Below are positions 25,739 to 38,870 of a stretch of DNA of 64,000 nucleotides, piece after piece (position 1 is the stretch's first letter; each line of letters starts with the position of its first letter). The stretch is from NCBI GenBank assembly GCA_965113315.1, contig OZ220363.1, one strand, 5' to 3'. The position numbers were made by a program, and so were the translations under genes. The notes under the pieces are model-generated. The model was not told where the DNA came from and searched no databases. It was given only the letters and a program-made list of their open reading frames with translations. Source of the DNA: Podarcis vaucheri. Taxonomy: Eukaryota.

Positions 25739-25884
25739 CTGAGTAACTCCTTCTCTTTTTCCAGTGCATTGAGCATGTTCACTGAAGATGACTGCTGGAG
25801 GCAGTACGTCTGGAAGGCAGGCAGCATATTGACAAATTCCAGGAATATCTCACCGATGCACACAGTCATGAGGTCATCATCGCC
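25739..25884 (-). CDS. RhoGEF exon (GDDDLMTVCIGEIFLEFVNMLPAFQTYCLQQSSS...KELLR)
   Basis: GGCAG| acceptor and |GTGAGG donor; 146 nt; DH 'IGEIF...F..YC' pattern; phases 0/2 fit the neighbouring exons. Confidence 0.93.
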
Positions 25885-27517
25885 CTGCCGACACACAACA
25901 CACAAGGCAATGCATCAGCCAGAGACGTGGAGGTACCAGAGGCCATTAAAAGCCACCTGCCTAATATTCAATTGTGGCGAATGTGCTGGAGTGGAGCTGG
26001 TGACATTGGTGTCTCTGCAGTTTATGGAGCTGAGGTGTGTCAGGGCAGCAACAAAGGCAGGGCTGTGTGGACATACCAGCAAGAGGAACAGATTGGTGTC
26101 CACACAGCCCTGACCGCATCACCGCCCTGCCCCGTCCCAGCCCTGCCCAGGTAATATGCAGCCCAGACCTACCACCTTGACTGCAACTGCTAATATAATT
26201 ACAAGGTGATCTTGGAGTACACGTTAGCAACACACCTCATGATAGCTGTTTCAACAATGAGTTTATATTGGCCACGTTTCCCATAAACTACAGCTTGAAT
26301 GCATTCTGAATAATTAAGCTCTTTCCGCACTGAAAACAAGCAAAAGTGCTACACGTTTTTTCCTTGAACCTATACCAGGAACTGCTAACTTCTGCACTCT
26401 ATTCTCCAAACAGTGGCCCAAGCCCAGTCACTAGGAATCACAAGGGAGAAAAATGCTGTTATACTCAGCTTCTGTTTGTGAGCTTCCCAAGGGCATCTCA
26501 TTGGCCACTGTGAGGACAAGATGGTAGGTGAGATGGGCCTTTGGTCTGATCTAGCAGGGATCTTTTTATGGTTTTCTACTGACTCTGGTAGAACATTAAA
26601 AGTGTATGCAAACACAATGCAAAAGTGATTAATCTCAGCTTGACAACCATGTTGTTATTCCCTTCCACGTCTTTTAATGATTTACTCTACTGATGTATAT
26701 TTTTAGAATCTGTTACATTTTGATTCCTAATTTAAAAAAGATAAAAGTATTTCACAAAAGACTATTGCAAGACCATTCCCCCTTTTTTGCCAGCATGAGG
26801 TGCTGTAGCACAGAGGCTCAGTTATGACACAGAGTACTACACTATTGCTGAAACAAAAACAAACATTCATAATTAAGGAAACATGCCATCCAACTTAAAT
26901 GGTTTGCTGAAATCCATTAGCAGACAGCATCCTTGTAAGTTAAACTGGATTTCAGTTGAATTTCATGGATTAAATCTGCACTTTTGAGGTTTTGAAACTG
27001 GAGACTGTACCACCCTATTCCCCCCAAAATTTCAACCCCATATATGTCAAAATAGAACGCTCAACATCTGAACCCTTTAAACTTACTGCATTAAAATTTG
27101 CATGCATGCACACAGATTTCTACGAAGTAGTGCAATGCAAATTTTGCATATATGATTTTGAGTTCTAAATTAATTTTAAAAATTGTGACTGGCAGAGCTG
27201 GAAATGGCTCATAGGATCTCTTTTACACCTTTGGTCTTATTCCCCAGCTCTTCTATTATCCTTGATTTCCCTCCTTGGCTCCCCAGCCTCTTAAAAAGTT
27301 CAACTACATCTCTGACGCAGTGGATAGTATTATCACATTTCCCCATTTTGGATGATTATATCTTGGCTTAAAAAGACACAAACCTTTTGCCCGCTTGCAC
27401 CACCAGCATGCAGTCCCTGGAAGGTCAGCTATGAGGAAATACAACCCTTGAACTGAAAAAGGTTCCTTGACCCTCGTCCAGGCTGGCTGGGAGTGACCCC
27501 CAAGGGTTTCACACAAG

Positions 27518-27797
27518 ACTCTTTTCCAACCCTACCTGGGAGATGCCAGAGATCAAACCTTGAACCTTTGTATATAAAACATGACCTCCGACACCAGGAA
27601 TAATCCCTCTCCTGCCTACTTGTCCATATACCCAGTACTGTCTTCTCCGATGGCCCTCTAAGGCAGAGGGTTTTCACTGCACCTGCTATCTGATCCTTCC
27701 CCTTCCCTCCCTTTTAAAAATGGCTAAGTCAGAGACTGAACCTGGAACTTTCTGCATGAAAAGCATGTGTTCTCCTGCTGAGCTCTGGCCCTTCCCC
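27518..27797 (-). mobile_element. tRNA-derived SINE fragments (two partial copies)
   Basis: ...CCCTACCTGGGAGATGCC...GAACCTGGAACTTTCTGCATG...CTGAGCT...GGCCCTTCCC pattern (reverse tRNA-like head); similar at about 18528-18640 and 28826-28980. Confidence 0.5.
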
Positions 27798-29179
27798 AAG
27801 GCGATTATCCGGCCTTCAAAATAATACTCTCTCCCGCATTTGACTTGCAAAGTTCAGCAACAGGGCGCAGAGCCGTGTGCCGTACACAGGGTGCTAGTCT
27901 GTAATAATGAACCATCAAGAACTGCTGTTCCAGCAAATTATAAGTAACCTTGAGTACGTTCAAGAAAGCCAGTTTGGAGCGTGGCTCAAATAACACTTAA
28001 AGGATTTAACTAGCCTTGCGCCTGTTCTTGGCCACCGGCAATTGTTGGCAGCCAAAGCCGCTTTTAATTGCTCTCCTGTGGGCAAGATGGGCTTCTTTGA
28101 ATGCTGCTGTAAAAATTAATTTCATGGTAAAAGGGTGTTTTGTTTCTTTCAGAGCCCTTAATAAAGCACAGGCCATAATATAAATACACAGCGGCGTGTA
28201 AATGCCATTCGCTTTGCTGAGGTGCTAGCGCAACCGTCTGCCTGCCAGCATTGTTTTCCTTCAGCCAATGGAAATGCGGTAATATTTGGAACTGATGGTA
28301 GGCCTCGCTGCGCAGCAAATTGAAAGTGCTAAAGGGGCAATTCCACATGTCATAAAGCTAGCCCCAGACTGGTCTGTTCAGGAGCACATGGGACAAAGGG
28401 ACTCAAGGGGTAAGGCAGCCTTCCCCGGCCTGGTGCCTGCCAGATGTTTTGGACTACAACTCCCATCACCCCTTACCATTGGACATGCTGGCTGGGGCTG
28501 ATGGGAGCTGTAGTCCAACAACACCTAGAGGGCACCAGGCTGGGGGAGGTTGGCATAGGGACGCATGCATTGCAGGGGGCTTTCTTAGGTGATTCTATGA
28601 TTCTACAAGGCACAAAGGATTTTTGAGATGCTTATCCACCAAGTGGTCTTGAATTCACGTAACTTGTCAATCACAAAGAAACACAGGCGACGTATGGTAG
28701 ACTGGGGGGCATCCAATCAGAGCTGAGGCCTTCTTCCCTAATCTAGAGGCAGATGTTTTCTCACACAATTGAAATGACAAAAAAAAAATTAAAAAGTTGG
28801 TACCCTTTGGAACAAGAGCACAGGGAAGCTGCCTTATACCAAGCCAGACCAACTAGCTCAGTACTGTCTTCTTTGACTGGTAGCATCTCTCCCAGCCCTA
28901 CCTGGAGATGGTGGGGATGGAACCTGGGACCTCTTACACGCAGTGCAGATGCTCTTACACTCAGCAATGGCCCCTTCCCTCTTTCAGCAGCTAAAATGAG
29001 TCAGACAGAGGCATACCCATTCTCAATTCCCTTACCTGCTCATTAGGCACTGTGCCTTTCTAATGAGTGGCACAACCTTTGAGTGCCATAGTAACAAAGC
29101 TACAGTGGCAAAAGTAGCTCATTATAACTGCACAGGGAAACGGAGAAGATATCTGAGACCACACACAAGCACACACTAC

Positions 29180-29808
29180 CTGCTCAAAGGCCTGCTCAAT
29201 CTCTTCCTGAAGGTACTCCAGGAAGTTTTCGTTGAGGTCAATGAGCTCCTGTATGTTGCCGAAAACCACCAGCAGCTGGTCCTGTGTTAGCAGGCCAGCA
29301 GCTTGCATGGGGAGGTAGAACTCTTCCTTGATGATGCGCAGGTCCTCCCCGTAGCTGGTTTCAGTGTTGACAAACTCCAGCACCGACTCCTTCCGCTCCG
29401 TCCGGCACTTCAGGCACTTCTCGCAGAGGATGGCCCGCCTCTTGTTCTGGTTCTGGACATCCGTCTCCAGCGGGAAGTGTCTCCCCCCACAGTCGGTGCA
29501 AGGCTGGTGGGCCTCCCAGGCCTGCAGAGATGCCAGCGTCTCCGACGCCTTGCTCCTCCACTTCCTACTCAGCACCTGGCTGATGCCGCTGTCCGCCCGC
29601 TCCATCTCAGCTGACCTCATCTTTGGCACCCCTCCACTGCTGGCATCGGCACTGTCCCTCTCGTCACTCCCGCCCACAATGCCGCTGTCGGCGCTGAGGC
29701 TGCTGACGTTGCTCCAGCGGTGTTTGGAACGAAAGGAGCCGCCCAGAATGCCGTGGTTCTCATCAACGTTGCTGCTGTAGTTGAGGTTGGCTTTCGTCAG
29801 CACTGGGC
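29180..29808 (-). CDS. RhoGEF exon: Ser-rich linker, Cys cluster and DH N-terminal half (ERKESVLEFVNTETSYGEDLRIIKEEFYLP...VFGNIQELIDLNENFL)
   Basis: CTGCTCAG| acceptor and CAG|GTAGTG donor; 629 nt, phases 1/0; DH conserved region 1 'E...TE.SY..DL'. Confidence 0.93.
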
Positions 29809-31014
29809 CTGAGCAGGGGGGGAAATAAAATAAGTCTATTTGTGGAACCTTTCCATTGTTTTGTTCCTCAGCCCTGTTCATCCAACAGTAAAAAGCTTGC
29901 CCTGTTTTGTTGTGTTTTTCTCCTTGTGACCAGGAAGGATTCTGCAAAGTACCTGAATACAGAGACAGGGAGAACCTAGTTCTTACTGATATGTTGCTAC
30001 GTTCTGGCATTTTCATACATACATAAAGATTTTCTTTTTCTTCATGCTAAGAAAAGCTTGACCTGATCGCTAAGCATGCTCTTAAAGGTACAGTAGCAGG
30101 TCATCTTTAAAAAAAATAAATAGACAGAAACCCTCCTTGTATTGTACTGGTTAAATTGTCCATCTAGCCTAATGTTATCTCCAAAGCCTTGGTCAAGGTT
30201 TCCTCAGCCTTGCCTGCTGAGATCCTTTAAATAGACCTAGACAACTCTTGACCCACCAATATATCCCGCTGGCTACATTGCTTGCTGGGTGCTTCTATAT
30301 ATTTGCAACCCCCCCCCCAAAGTAGAGGTTTATCAAATTCCTGCTGGGCCACAATGCACAACTGTGTTTAGTCTCATGGGCCACAAGCTAGCAGGTCTAC
30401 CTGACAATATGCAAAGAACATATTCTGCTTCTGAGTTACACTTCTCTCTTTAATTCAACAGCTAGGGAAGGATGCTCTCATTTAGAATTTGGCTCAGGTG
30501 TGTTGGAAGGAACAAGCCTGTCCTAATGAACTATGCAAAGAACAAGCGGAAGCCACCTATTGACGGCTCCATCTGCTCAGTATACTTGCAGAACAATTGT
30601 TCCAGGTTCTACTCACCTTTTGCTATATCATGCATGAAGTCAAAGAAAGCACTAGATTGAAGCTTAGCTCATGACACTGCCTTACCTTTGCATACCCCTT
30701 TTCCTGCATTTGCCAAGAGCCAGTTTGGTCCTGTATGGGCCCAATCCAGGCTATTGGCTGTTGCTATGAATTGTACAGACAGAAAGCACACTGGAGGAGG
30801 AGCTGCTACTGTATTCCCTCTCCTCTGAAGGGACCCTGGAATAAGAGGCTACAGCCGGCTGAAAACAAAGTCCACGGCAGTTGAGCGGGAGATGTTTGGA
30901 GGCTATCTCTCTGAATGATGGCTGCTAACCTAATGTCAAAACACACCCAGAACGATGAGTGACATGGACAGACCCTGCAAATCACACACAAAGCAAAAGG
31001 CAAGGGGGGCATAC

Positions 31015-31219
31015 TGGAGTCTCTCTCTTGCCGGCGCTTCTGGGCATGCTGCCGTGCTGCTGCAGCAATCTTCAGCTCCAGTTGTTTCCTCTTCACAGCA
31101 TCTGTTGGCATCGGATCACTGAAATGAGGCCGCAGCCGACACTCCCGTTGAGCTTTGGTGCAGTCCGAAGTTTCGTAGGAGATGTCAGAACTTGATCGGC
31201 GGCAGTTGGGGCTGGAGCT
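31015..31219 (-). CDS. RhoGEF exon (SSSPNCRRSSSDISYE...RPHFSDPMPTDAVKRKQLELKIAAAARQHAQKRRQERDS)
   Basis: TTTTCTTCCAG| acceptor and |GTATGC donor; 205 nt, phases 0/1 match the flanking exons. Confidence 0.85.
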
Positions 31220-31287
31220 CTGGAAGAAAAGCAAGGGGTGGTTGTGGGGAGAAGTTTCTACTAAACAATATATGAGATACTTAAATA

Positions 31288-31641
31288 AGGTAAAGGTAAA
31301 GGTACCCCTGACCATTAGGTCCAGTCAGGACCGACTCTAGGGTTGTGGCGCTCATCTCGCTTTATTGGCCGAGGGAGCCAGCATACAGCTTCCGGGTCAT
31401 GTGGCCAGCATGACTAAGCCACTTCTGGCGAACCAGAGCAGTGCATGGAAACACCATTTACCTTCCCACCAGAGTGGTACCTATTTATCTACTTGCACTT
31501 TGACATGCTTTCGAACTGCTAGGTTGGCAGGAGAGGGACCGAGCAACGGGAGCTCACCCCGTCGCGGGGATTCAAACCGCCAACCTTCTGATCGGCAAGT
31601 CCTAGACTCTGTGGTTTAACCCACAGCGCCACCCACATCCC
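31288..31641 (-). mobile_element. Full-length Sauria SINE with 13-bp TSD
   Basis: tRNA-like head at the right end and (ACCTTT)n tail at the left; TSD AGATACTTAAATA at 31275-31287 and 31646-31658; second copy at 60677-61028. Confidence 0.9.
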
Positions 31642-33202
31642 TTGAAGATACTTAAATATACATGGCCAAATCCGATACCCAGCGCCCACTACCTCTAAAA
31701 CCGTTGTTTCTCCTCATACCTTTCTGGGGGGGGGGCAACATCCTCACTCAAGAAAGGAAGCAAAATATGAGCTGTTAGTGTTACATTGAACACATGCTCA
31801 TGAAATCTGTGTGCAGCTGTTTAAATATGCACATAGTTTAATATTGGGGTGTCAGCAAGCAACATGTCTATTTTATCGGGCTGTATGGGAGAGTTGGCAG
31901 GATGGGCAACCATATGTGGACAGTGTATCGCAGCAGCAGCTTTACTCCAATTAAGATGGCAACAGCTCTCTTTCCCCAGCAACCACCGTTTGCAATCCAA
32001 ACCCAATGATTTGGATTTGTAAGTGCTTGACTGAGGATGAAACGGGCATTCCTCCCCATGCCTTTCCTCACACGCTTTCTGAAGGCTGGAACTTTATGTC
32101 TATACTGCATAGTTAAACAACTTTCCAACTGGTTTCATTGTTGTGGGTCATGACCAAGCGATCAATAAACACTTTTCCGTGAAGAATCTACACAGATGAC
32201 TCTGAGCATCCTCACGCAGCTGTTGTTCACCCAAAGCTCCAGTTGGGTGAAGCTAGGATAATAAAACAACTCTCAACCCAATTTTAAAATATTGTGGGCC
32301 CGATCCTGCTAACATCATGTGAACAGGTCCTATTGAAAGCAATGGAGAAAGTTAATCTCCAGTTCCATTGCTTTCAACGGTATTTTGGGCCACTCCAGAT
32401 ATCCTTCTTATTGCGCACATGTGATGATTCATATTCATGCTGGTATCGGGGCGGTTATCCACAATCCCGCTTTCAGTCGTTTGCACCTGTCATCGTTCTG
32501 AGGTGAACATACTTTTCAATTGGTGCATGTCCTGTAGCTTCCTGTTGAAACCCTGTAACTTTTCATATCTCAAATGTCCCAGGATTTTTGTTTTGTCCTG
32601 CATTTGTTTTGCTACAGAGCAAGATTATCCCTCCAGACAGGAATCATGCAGTAACACTGGGGAAACATTTGCAGAACAACTGATAAAGCAGAATAATCAT
32701 AGCTGTCAACTTTTCCCTTTTCTTGCGAGGAATCCTATTCGGAATAAGGGAATTTCCTATTAAAAAAAGGGAAACGTTGACAGCTATGAGAGTAACGTGT
32801 GGACAGTCCAGCGTCAATCCAACACAATTGCACTAATACTGCATGAATTACACACTATGGAATACACCTCCAAAATGCACCAGTCTGGAGGGGCCCTTAG
32901 TCACATGTAACTTTAGCTAGATTTGCACAGTAGTGTTGATGTGCCTTAGGTATCTTCATTCATTAGCTTGTTCCTCGCAGCCACCCAGAAGCAGGAAGGG
33001 TGAGATGGGGTGCGGGAAAACAGGAGAGAGAGGGGGGAAGAGAGGTAGAAGAAGGGAGGGAGGAAAAAGCATGGAGAGGAGAGCCAGAAGAGTATTGGTG
33101 ACAGGGGTGCAGAATAGCTGAGAGCTGTCATAGAAAGTAAAGTTACAGCTCCCTGACCCAACACTTCTGAAACCCCTTTCTGTCCCAGGCCACACAACTC
33201 AC

Positions 33203-33299
33203 GGTGGGTTGATGCGAGTCCTCCACAAAAGTGAGGTCATCCTTCTTAAGTTCACAGAATCCTTTGGAGGGAGGCTCAGGAGTAGCTTCGCCACTGCAG
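33203..33299 (-). CDS. RhoGEF exon (CSGEATPEPPSKGFCELKKDDLTFVEDSHQPT)
   Basis: CCCTTTTTTCACAG| acceptor and |GTGAGT donor; 97 nt, phases 2/0 bridge the neighbouring exons exactly. Confidence 0.8.
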
Positions 33300-36200
33300 C
33301 TGTGAAAAAAGGGACACCACCCCAATTAATGTCCTGCACAAACAGCAGTCCAGAGCCAACTCCATGCGTTGAAAGGAAAATGCATCTTGAAAGCTACAGT
33401 GTATTATTCTACAGGTCTTCTACCTTGCGGAGTCAAAAGCACCTCATATCTTCTTTCTCTTACATATGCCATTCCATAAATGCACTTCTACTGATGCAGT
33501 GGATAATAGGGTTGTGTGTGTGGCTTTTTTAATGAAACATGTTTGTAAATTTAAAGGGTTGCCCCCCCTAATATTTCTGTATAAAAGCAGCATCTAAAGT
33601 GCATGAAATCTTTAAGCTTCTTGACCCTCTTAGTTGTTTTATTTGCACTAAGATAGGAGACAACTTTCTGTTCTGTCATGAGAAAGAAAGTGCTCCCCTA
33701 AATTATCAGATACCATGAATAATTTCTCATTCATAAATAATGAGGAAACTGTATATCCAAGCCCCAAGGGAGGGAAGAGAGAGGACAAAACCTAGTCACA
33801 CCCACATATAGGATTAGCGGTGGCAGAAACAATATTTAGCATTTACGTAGCTCACTTGAAGTGTTCACTATACTCGGCACACAAATATGAATGGGTGAAG
33901 GGGTTTAAGATTTCCAGGTGTCAATCACACACAAAAATGCATGCTTTGCATATTTGATATATTGCATTTGGAGATCTTGTGAATCATCAGGAGACTGCAG
34001 TATCCTTCTGCCTGTGTTAAAGAACTGTATACCATTCTAGATAGTTGCCCTCTAGGCAACCCTTCATACAAAAATGCAAAATACATCTTTTAAAATAAAT
34101 ATTCCCTGTGTGGCCCATCACACATTTTCTCACAAATATACAGTGAATCTTTGGTTACTATGCTGCTTCATATAGCATTTTTAAAATAAAAAAATTACAT
34201 CATCTAACAAAACAACAACAGAGTAACTATACCAACTCTGGATAGTGACATTGAATAATATCTATATACATATTATTCCTGTGGCTTGGCTCACTTTCAT
34301 GAATCGCTTTGTAGTATCTGATATGAAGACAGCTCAGAGGTGTGTGACTTGTTCACTCCTGCTTTCAGCTTGTGGTACAGTGTTCTGAATTGATCTGTAA
34401 GGAGCTGGTGCATGGATAATCCTGCCTTGTGGGGAAGAAAAGGGAGGTTGGAGTCCATGCCAGTTCGGTGTTCTCCAACTCTGTGGCTCTGCCTAACTGG
34501 GATGACAGCGCTTTCTGCCCAACAATGTTATACACACCGTGGACAAAGTCCCAGCTTAGAATGCAGCTAGCTTGTTCTATTTCTCAACTGACGCTGGTTT
34601 AGAAGGAAATGCATCAAAATGCAGTAAAAGTATCTCCCCGCTTACGCATGTTCGACTCTCGCGTGGCCATGTATATGCTCGGTGCAGGAAAACAATTAAA
34701 TAAATAGATTTAAACTTCAAAAAGGCAAGAAAAAGGCAAAAGCAGTCCTAAAAGAGCACAAGAACTGCAAAAATGGTGCGAAAAGAGCAGAAAAAAATGC
34801 TAGCAATCCCAGGAGCCTTTGCAACTGCAATCTCATGAGCCTTTGCACCAACCTTTGAGTTGAGTTTGAGAAAGGAGGTTTGGAGGGAGCTATTGTGGTG
34901 GAGTTTGGCATGTTTTGGGTGGCGCTTGGCGGGGAAGGTGTTTACAAGATTTAGATGTGGCTAATATTCTGTGTGCCCTGCTTCCCAAACCAGCTGTGGA
35001 AGTACATTGGATGCAGAATAAACAGAACTGTGAACACCACCTCACTTTTCCAGAGCAAGAGAGTAGGTAGGCATTTCAGGTGATATGCAAAATGGCAAAT
35101 TATATTAAAACTACTGGGAATTTTCCTTTGTGGGAAGTTATTTCTCTTTATATTCAAGAAATCATATACACACAGTTCCATATTTATTGGATACTGGAGT
35201 GCTCTTATCTGTACATTAGTACTCATTATATATATCCTCTCAACTGCCTCTTAGCCAACTGTTTTTGCATCTATTCTATCTCTTTCTCCCAGGTGAGAGT
35301 AATTCTCCCATATGGTATTAGAGCAAGGAATTAATGTAATGGAAGATTTCTGGATGGGGGAAAATGTACATAATGGTACGGCAACTATTTGTGGCTGAGG
35401 TGGTTCAATCAGAGATGTGCCTAATTCGAATGAAGCTAGGATGATCAGTATATGAGGTGGGTGTTGTTTTTGTTTCTGCTAGACATGGTAACTGGCTTCA
35501 GTTTTTGGAGAAGGGTAGTCCATTTGCCTGCTTCACTGAAAAAATAATTGTTCCCAAGGCTCCACCCTATTTACTACCTCACTGCTGCAGATCCCAAATG
35601 GTCCAACTTCATCTTTGATTTTATTATGGAACCATCTTTATCCACCTCTTAAATCAATGAGCAATACTTCAATCTTGAGGCACCCTGCCATCTGGCATTC
35701 CTTCATCTTCTCTACAAGCTGGGCCTTTCTGTTATGGCTGAATTTTTCCTCTTCTCACTTTCCCCACATCATCCTTGACATTGGCTGCTGTTTTGACCTT
35801 GAAAGAAAACAATATTTTGCCCAGCCCAGCAACTTTACGCACTTTAATATGCTCAAATCCAAATATTTTTATTTTTTATTTTTTTAACCTTGGGAGTTTT
35901 CTTTCCTTAACTGCTTTCTCTGTCATTGTAAAATTTTTGCCTGTCTTTATTTAATTCCTTATATACTGGATGCTCTGATTTCCTGCCCATTCACTGACAT
36001 GGCTATTAATAATGCCCTAGGTTTTCATCTTTCTCTGTCTTCAGAAGTCAGATTCCTCAGAAAGCCTGGTAACACAATTCACAATCAAAAGGTAAAACAG
36101 GTAATAAATCAGGATCTCCTTTCAATCATGCTTTCAACCATTTCTTTTTTGCTCAAGTAAAAAAAAATGCTCTACAATTCATGACAGGCTTTAGATTACT

Positions 36201-38870
36201 CCATGAAGATAAAACACTACAAATTAGAGGCTCAGAATTAAAACATTAAGCTGCTTATAAATGTGCTGAGTAAATTACATTTGGAAGAAAGTTCAGAAAT
36301 AAAGGGCAGATGTGTTGCATGTAATTCAAACACACACACAAAATTCCAGCAGGATCTTAAGAAGCCAATGACAAGAATAACCCAGGAAGTCTTCCACTTC
36401 ACATGAACGAATGCTAACTTAATCTGAAATGATAAAATTGTCATGGGTGAAAAGGGTATCAATGGCCAGTAGTTATGAACGCTATATTAGCTCCAGTATG
36501 CCTTTCACTACCAGTTGCTGGACAGCATAAGTGCTATTGCGCTCATGTCCTGCTTGTGGGCTTCTTGTAGGCATCTGGGTGGCCACTGTGGTAACAGGAT
36601 GCTGGACCAAATGGACCTTTGGTCTGATCCAGCAGTGCTCTTCTTATGATTTTATGTGCTGAAAGGATGCTGCTCCATGTAAACAATTGACTGTATGCAG
36701 CAGCTCACCTTATGGACTGGCCTCACACCAGATCTCCCCATGTTATTCATATTACTGACAGGTTTTCTTACAACAAGCACTCGGTCAAATCATGCGGCAT
36801 GGGGGAAATCCACATGGCAAGGCAAGGCACACCTGGCCCCATGGAACAACTGCCACAAGGACCCAATTTCAAGCAGCCTCAACACCACATGTTGCTGAAG
36901 TGAACCTAAGGCTTGCAACCCTGTCATTTCACTGCCAAATCCTGAGAATATGTTGCCTCTCAAATCTAGTGACACCCCTGCCGCTGAGCCAGAAACTCCC
37001 ATCGTCAAGACCAGATCCTCCATGAGATTGCTAAAGCTCTGGAAGAAAATGACAGCTGGGTTTTGAGCAAATAATGGCTCTCAGTTTTACAATTTCAAAG
37101 GGAAACTGTTTGGTCTCATAAGCTTTTGACTCAAAGTCATGAGAAGCTTGGCAACTGGTTGAAATGACCATTGTGCTTTTCATAGAAATGAATTAATTTC
37201 AGAAAGCTCTGAATGTAAGCAAACTGAGCTTGATAAAGTCCATCTATGGCAAAAGGGATGTTGTGAACAAAAGAAAATAACACTGTGCGATGGATCTCAG
37301 TCCCATACTTAGAGAACCCATGGCTTATAAGAGCAGAGGCTGGCTCACCTGAGCAGGAGGAGGTGTTTTACTGCACTTGGGACAATGGAATCTCTATGTA
37401 AGTCAGACAAGAGAGCATCAATTTTTTTAGACCAAAGGGCTGCATTTTCTCAGTCTCCAAGCTCCTGTGTGGTTTTTAATGTGTGAATACCCCTTTCATT
37501 GACTTTTGCTGCTCTGATGGGTTTCACCAGGCTGTATATTATGTATTTTTTGTTGCGTTTATAGTTTTCTTGTTCTCATTCTTGTTTGTTACTTTTATTT
37601 TCAAATTTTGTATTGCCCCATGTTTGCACATCGATAAATAAGATTTTCTGGTTTATTGTGAAATGCTTCTTTCCCCTCCTAGCTCCAGAAAGAGAAACTA
37701 GGAAGCCTTGGCTTCCTAGTACATCTGAATCAGGGTTCATGGTTTGTTGATCCGTAACAAACAAACAAACAAACAAACCATAATTACAAGCAAACTTTAA
37801 GCCATAGTTGTTGGCCTATGACATGTGGACTTGTTAGGGAACAACAAATCATGATTCCTAGCTTGGATGTAATGGGAAGCCAAGACTTCCTGGTTTGTTC
37901 ATCGTGCCTGGGGGGAATGAGGAGGGAGTGATTGAGCATGCTGCTCATTTACAATAAACCACAATCTGCCAGAAAATCTGACTTATCATGATATGTGGAT
38001 GTATATGTGATAGAGCATAGCATAAATCTTTATATATAAACCAATAAGGGTGCCATTCAGTCACCCCGTATGACCCTAAAATAGTGACTCCTAAGCTTAT
38101 GGTTCCAACAAGGGAATTCAGTCTCTGCCTTGAACTCATCATGGAAACTATCCCTCATAAGATTTGTGTTGTTACGTTGCCCCAAATACACACTGCAGGA
38201 AATCTACCAATATATTAGGTCTCCATAACCATTGATAGCTTACAAAGGGCAGCATTTTTTGAATTATTTGCCCAAGTCACCTGAAAGTCAGTTTTCACAG
38301 ACTTTAATATTATGTTTTGTGTCACCTCCATTCACATGACTGACATTTCCTCCAACCTTCTGCCCAAAGTCAATAATTAACCCACCCTGTGAAGATCTAG
38401 ATGTGTGTCAATGAACAAGGAGGACCAGTCATTTCAGTGGCTCAAGAAACAGAGCAACCCCCCCCCCCGAGGCAGAGGGAGTCCCCACCCTCTCCACAAT
38501 CCCCAAGACTACCCTTCTAGATTGTTAGGCAAACTCCTTCCTGACATCAGATATAGCAGTTAGTTAAAAACCCCAGCTTCATCAGTTCTCCCAAAGTGGC
38601 ATATGGGAAAATGTCTGCACAAATTAACACAGCCCCAACACTGTCTCTTTCCCTACAGCTGCCTGATACCTCAAAGAAAGGAACTCCCCACAGGTCAAAA
38701 GGGGGAAAGCTATTAATGGCGTAAGTGTCTGTGCAAATTATTACACCTCTGCAGCATACTGATTCAGCAAGAAAATTCTATAAATTACTTAATGCAGCTA
38801 AATTTGAAAGTGCATTTCTAAGTACCCTAAAACTGAAATTGCTCTCAAGAACTCTAACAGAGTCGGTTAC

